40,631 nt of DNA, taken from sequence record SRR2962707_2057; one strand, 5' to 3'. Shown in pieces: positions 37,344-40,631 of this stretch (positions are counted from its first letter, which is position 1; each line of letters begins with the position of its first letter). Position numbers and translations under genes: made by a program. The notes under the pieces are model-generated. The model did not search any database, was not told the origin of the DNA, and saw only the letters and a program-made list of their open reading frames with translations.

Positions 37344-38342
37344 CTACCCGATCTCAATTGCACACCAATGCCGATAAAGCTCCTCCGGCGTCACGACCGA
37401 CGACGGGAAATGCGGGTTGTTGATGGCGTCGGGGAAATTCTGGTCTTCGAGGCAAAGGCCGCTGAAAGCATGGTAGTGCGCTCCGTCGAGCCCGGAAACA
37501 GCCACGTCGAGTTTCCAGCCATTATAAACCTGTAGTCCCGGCTGATCGGTATAAATCCTGAGCGTCAACGAACCATCGGGCGCTTCGGCCATGGCCACGG
37601 GCTCGGTCTGGTCGCGTCGTGTATCGAGGACGAAATTGCAGTCGATCTTCTGGCCGCTCCCATCGGTTTGGCGCATCGTGCGCGCCTCCCGGAAGTCGAG
37701 TTCGGTGCCCTTGGTCGGTAAAATGGCGCCCGTCGGAATCTGGCCCTCGCCAAGCTCGGTATAGGCGCCGGCGGCAAAGGACAGACGATGGTCGAGAACA
37801 TCGCCCAGGCCCATCAGGTTGAAATAATTGTGCTGAACGATATTGACCGGGGTCGGTCTATCGGTTTCAGCGGCAAAATCGATCTCCAACCGGTTGCCCT
37901 CGAGCCTGTAGGTGACTGCAATTTCGAGATTGCCCGGATAGCCCATCGCGCCATCCGGGCTGAAAAGCGTGAGCGTAACGCTCGTCTCGCTCTCCTCGGC
38001 AATCCGCCATATCTGATGCGCGATGCCTTCAGGCCCGCCATGGAGATGGTTGGGGCCCTCGTTGGCCGGCAGATCGTAGACCGCACCGTCGAGCGTAAAT
38101 CGGGCGCCGCCGATCCGGTTCGCCACCCTTCCGGCAATGGCGCCGAAATATGGGCTGTGGTCGGGGTATGAACTGAACTCATCAAAGCCAAGAACCACCG
38201 GCCGCATTTCGCCAGCCACCGGCACCCGCCAATCGCGGATCAGCGCGCCATAGGTCAAAATCGCCACCGAAACGCCGGTTTGAGAGGTCAGAACCACCTC
38301 ATGGATGTCCTGTCCGTTGAACACTCCGACAATTTTGGCCAA
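37344..38342 (-). CDS. galM: Aldose 1-epimerase (galactose mutarotase)
   Basis: GRVANRI, NHLHGG, GYPG, HNYFNL, TDQPGLQVY, CLEDQNFPDAIN. TTG 38342 preceded by agggag. Confidence 0.92.
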   Translation of the reverse strand: MAKIVGVFNGQDIHEVVLTSQTGVSVAILTYGALIRDWRVPVAGEMRPVVLGFDEFSSYPDHSPYFGAIAGRVANRIGGARFTLDGAVYDLPANEGPNHLHGGPEGIAHQIWRIAEESETSVTLTLFSPDGAMGYPGNLEIAVTYRLEGNRLEIDFAAETDRPTPVNIVQHNYFNLMGLGDVLDHRLSFAAGAYTELGEGQIPTGAILPTKGTELDFREARTMRQTDGSGQKIDCNFVLDTRRDQTEPVAMAEAPDGSLTLRIYTDQPGLQVYNGWKLDVAVSGLDGAHYHAFSGLCLEDQNFPDAINNPHFPSSVVTPEELYRHWCAIEIG

Positions 38343-38370
38343 GTGCGGTCTCCCTGATTTTCGCAACGCG

Positions 38371-38426
38371 CTAGAGCATTTCCGAACACAATAAGTGGCA
38401 TCCACTTATTCTCGAAACCCTCTTAG
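38371..38426. repeat. Palindromic intergenic element (RIME/REP-like of Rhizobiales)
   Basis: ctagagcatttccga...AATAAGTGG-cat-CCACTTATT...tcgaaaccctcttag: a perfect 9-bp inner stem (38390-38410) with imperfect outer arms. Repetition elsewhere cannot be seen in this window. Confidence 0.5.
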
Positions 38427-38516
38427 CACCGTTCGCACGACGGGCCCATGAGGCGCCTTGATCCGCGATTGCGTCGGCAACCGGCGCCTCTTCTCGCTCT
38501 TTGCCCCACGCACAGA

Positions 38517-40631
38517 TCAATGGAAATCGCGCGACTTGGGCACGACGCGCCTGTTGCGCGGGTGGCCGTGCGACCGTTGCTGCACGGGATGGGTCGCCTC
38601 GTCGGCCCGCGTCAATTGCGGGTTGGCGCGGTGGGATATCGCCAGCGCATCGAGCAGATCAGACCGGTCGTGCACCGCGCTGGCGATCACATGGATCACG
38701 CCTTCCTTGCTCTTTTGCAATTGCCCCTCGATCACCGCGAGGCGCGACGCCATGATCTCGCGCCGGTATTTTTCGAACCGGGAAGACCACATCAGCCCGT
38801 TGGCAATTCCGGTTTCATCCTCGAGGGTCATGAAAATCGCATTGCCCTTGCCCGGCCTTTGCCGCACCAGCACAATTCCCGCCACCTTGACCATCCTGCC
38901 GTCAGGCACATGGTCGAGCCCCTTGCAACTGAGCACGCCCTCGGCCGCGAACTGCTCGCGCAAAAACACCATCGGGTGGGCCTTGAGCGAGAGCCGGGCT
39001 GTCTGATAATCGGCAATCACATGTTCGGACAGCGCCATTTCCGGCAGGTCCATATCGTCTTCCTCCCCCAACTCGCGCCCTTGAGCCGCAGCGAACAGGG
39101 GCAGCGGATCGTCCTGCGGTAAACGCCTGATCCGCCAGGCCGCCTCGCGCCGGTCGAGCCCGATGGTCCCCATGGCATCGGCATCGGCAAGCAGCGTCAG
39201 CGCCCGCACCGGCACGCCCGAGCGCTGCCACAGATCCTCGATCGATTCGTAATTTCCGCCCCGTCGCGCCACCAGCCTTTCGCTCCAGTCTTTCTTGAAG
39301 CCGTCGATCTGGCGAAACCCGATCCGCAAGGCGCAATAGGGATCCGGCGCATCTTCAAGACCATTGTCATGGGCGCTGCAATTGGCATCGACCGGCCGCA
39401 CCTCCACCCCATGCTCGCGCGCATCGCGCACGATCTGGGCCGGGGCGTAAAACCCCATGGGCTGTGAATTGAGCAGCGCGCAGGCAAAGACCTCGGGGTA
39501 ATATTTCTTGATCCAGGCCGACACATACACCAGCTTGGCAAAGCTCGCCGCGTGGCTTTCGGGAAAGCCGTAATCGCCGAACCCCTTGATCTGATTAAAA
39601 CATCTCTGGGCAAACTCGGGCTTATAGCCGCGAGCGATCATGCGCGTAACCATCATCTTTTCAAACTCGCCGATCGTGCCGTTATGGCGGAAAGTCGCCA
39701 TGGCCTTGCGCAGCCCGTTGGCTTCGACATCGGTGAACTCGGCCGCCACCATGGCGATCTGCATCGCCTGCTCCTGAAACAGCGGAACGCCCAGGGTGCG
39801 TTTCAGGACATTGCGCAATTCATCCGTGTCGTGCGGCGGCCCGGGTTCGGGATAAATGGCCTCTTCCTCCCCGTTGCGCCGCCGCAGATAGGGATGGACC
39901 ATATCCCCCTGGATCGGGCCGGGCCGAACGATCGCCACCTGAATGACCAGATCATAGAATTTCTTCGGCTTAAGCCGCGGCAGCATGTTGATCTGGGCCC
40001 GGCTTTCCACCTGGAACACGCCGATGGAATCGCCCTTTTCCAGCATCTCGAACACCCCGGCGACCTCGGCGCTTTCAGGGTCCGCCGCGCTGACATCGGC
40101 AAGTTCATATCTTTTGCCGTGATGGAGCGCGATCAGATCGAACGCCTTGCGGATGCAGGTGAGCATGCCCAGACCCAGAACGTCGACCTTGAGCATGCCG
40201 ACCCGGTCGATGTCGTCCTTGTCCCATTCGATGAAGGTCCGATCATCCATCGCCGCATTGGCGATGGGCACATAGGTATCGAGCCTGTTCTGGGTCAGAA
40301 TGAACCCGCCCACATGCTGGGAGAGATGGCGCGGAAAACCCAAAAGCCTGGTCGCCAGATTCATGGCGCGCAAGATATTGGGATTGTCCGGATCGAGACC
40401 GGCCTGTTTGATGTGTTTTTCCGGCAACCCGACCCCGCTCCAGCTCCCCCAGACCGTCGAGGCGATGCGCGAGGTGATGTCCTCGGTCAGCCCCAGCGCC
40501 TTGCCCACCTCCCGAATGGCCGAACGCGGGCGATAGCTGATGACCGTCGCCGCGATCCCCGCCCGCTCGCGCCCATAGGTCTTATAGATATGCTGGATGA
40601 TCTCCTCGCGCCGCTCATGCTCGAAATCGAC
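38517..40631 (-). CDS. dnaE2: Error-prone DNA polymerase III alpha subunit DnaE2 (5' end outside window)
   Basis: Frame open to the window end (VDFEHERREE...); HLSQHVGG, KVDVLGLGML, VFQVESRAQ, GFPESHAASFA, LLNSQPMGFY, OB fold, and the diagnostic C-terminal SRDFH. Confidence 0.95.
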   Translation of the reverse strand, partial: VDFEHERREEIIQHIYKTYGRERAGIAATVISYRPRSAIREVGKALGLTEDITSRIASTVWGSWSGVGLPEKHIKQAGLDPDNPNILRAMNLATRLLGFPRHLSQHVGGFILTQNRLDTYVPIANAAMDDRTFIEWDKDDIDRVGMLKVDVLGLGMLTCIRKAFDLIALHHGKRYELADVSAADPESAEVAGVFEMLEKGDSIGVFQVESRAQINMLPRLKPKKFYDLVIQVAIVRPGPIQGDMVHPYLRRRNGEEEAIYPEPGPPHDTDELRNVLKRTLGVPLFQEQAMQIAMVAAEFTDVEANGLRKAMATFRHNGTIGEFEKMMVTRMIARGYKPEFAQRCFNQIKGFGDYGFPESHAASFAKLVYVSAWIKKYYPEVFACALLNSQPMGFYAPAQIVRDAREHGVEVRPVDANCSAHDNGLEDAPDPYCALRIGFRQIDGFKKDWSERLVARRGGNYESIEDLWQRSGVPVRALTLLADADAMGTIGLDRREAAWRIRRLPQDDPLPLFAAAQGRELGEEDDMDLPEMALSEHVIADYQTARLSLKAHPMVFLREQFAAEGVLSCKGLDHVPDGRMVKVAGIVLVRQRPGKGNAIFMTLEDETGIANGLMWSSRFEKYRREIMASRLAVIEGQLQKSKEGVIHVIASAVHDRSDLLDALAISHRANPQLTRADEATHPVQQRSHGHPRNRRVVPKSRDFH

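Noticed and set aside
38448-39122. Plus-strand ORFs of 224 and 182 aa
   Set aside because: Antisense shadows of dnaE2.
1-40631. Mobile elements, CRISPR arrays, tRNA/rRNA, phase-variable repeat tracts
   Set aside because: No transposase/integrase motifs, repeat-spacer arrays or RNA-gene signatures were seen. Homopolymer runs are at most about 8 nt and lie in intact reading frames.

Overview
GC-rich alphaproteobacterial (Hyphomicrobiales/Rhizobiales-like, judged from gene content only) chromosomal window. About 37 kb of it is a surface-polysaccharide supercluster. Block 1 (1-18.4 kb) is a Wzx/Wzy-type exo/capsular polysaccharide system: partial ugd, UDP-GlcA 4-epimerase, an SDR epimerase, two GT4s, a flippase, two tandem sulfotransferases and an AT-rich Wzy-like gene. 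A convergent operon follows (TPR-like membrane protein, O-antigen-ligase-like protein, PPP-type phosphatase, wzc, manB, manC), with a divergent BTLCP/LapG-like peptidase. Block 2 (18.8-37.3 kb) holds a complete CMP-pseudaminic acid pathway (pseB, C, F, G-H fusion, I), four alternately oriented tailoring genes (AT3-SGNH acyltransferase, PhyH-like dioxygenase, FkbM methyltransferase, pyruvyltransferase-like), a ~1017-aa two-domain glycosyltransferase candidate in an operon with wzm/wzt, a GT4 and a priming phosphoglycosyltransferase. The window ends with galM and the 3' part of dnaE2. The best candidate for an undescribed system is an ABC-exported, pseudaminic-acid-containing glycan built by one fused KpsS-like GT-B/GT-D enzyme and then heavily decorated. 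No rRNA, tRNA, CRISPR or IS element was recognised. All calls come from motif recognition by eye; no searches were run.
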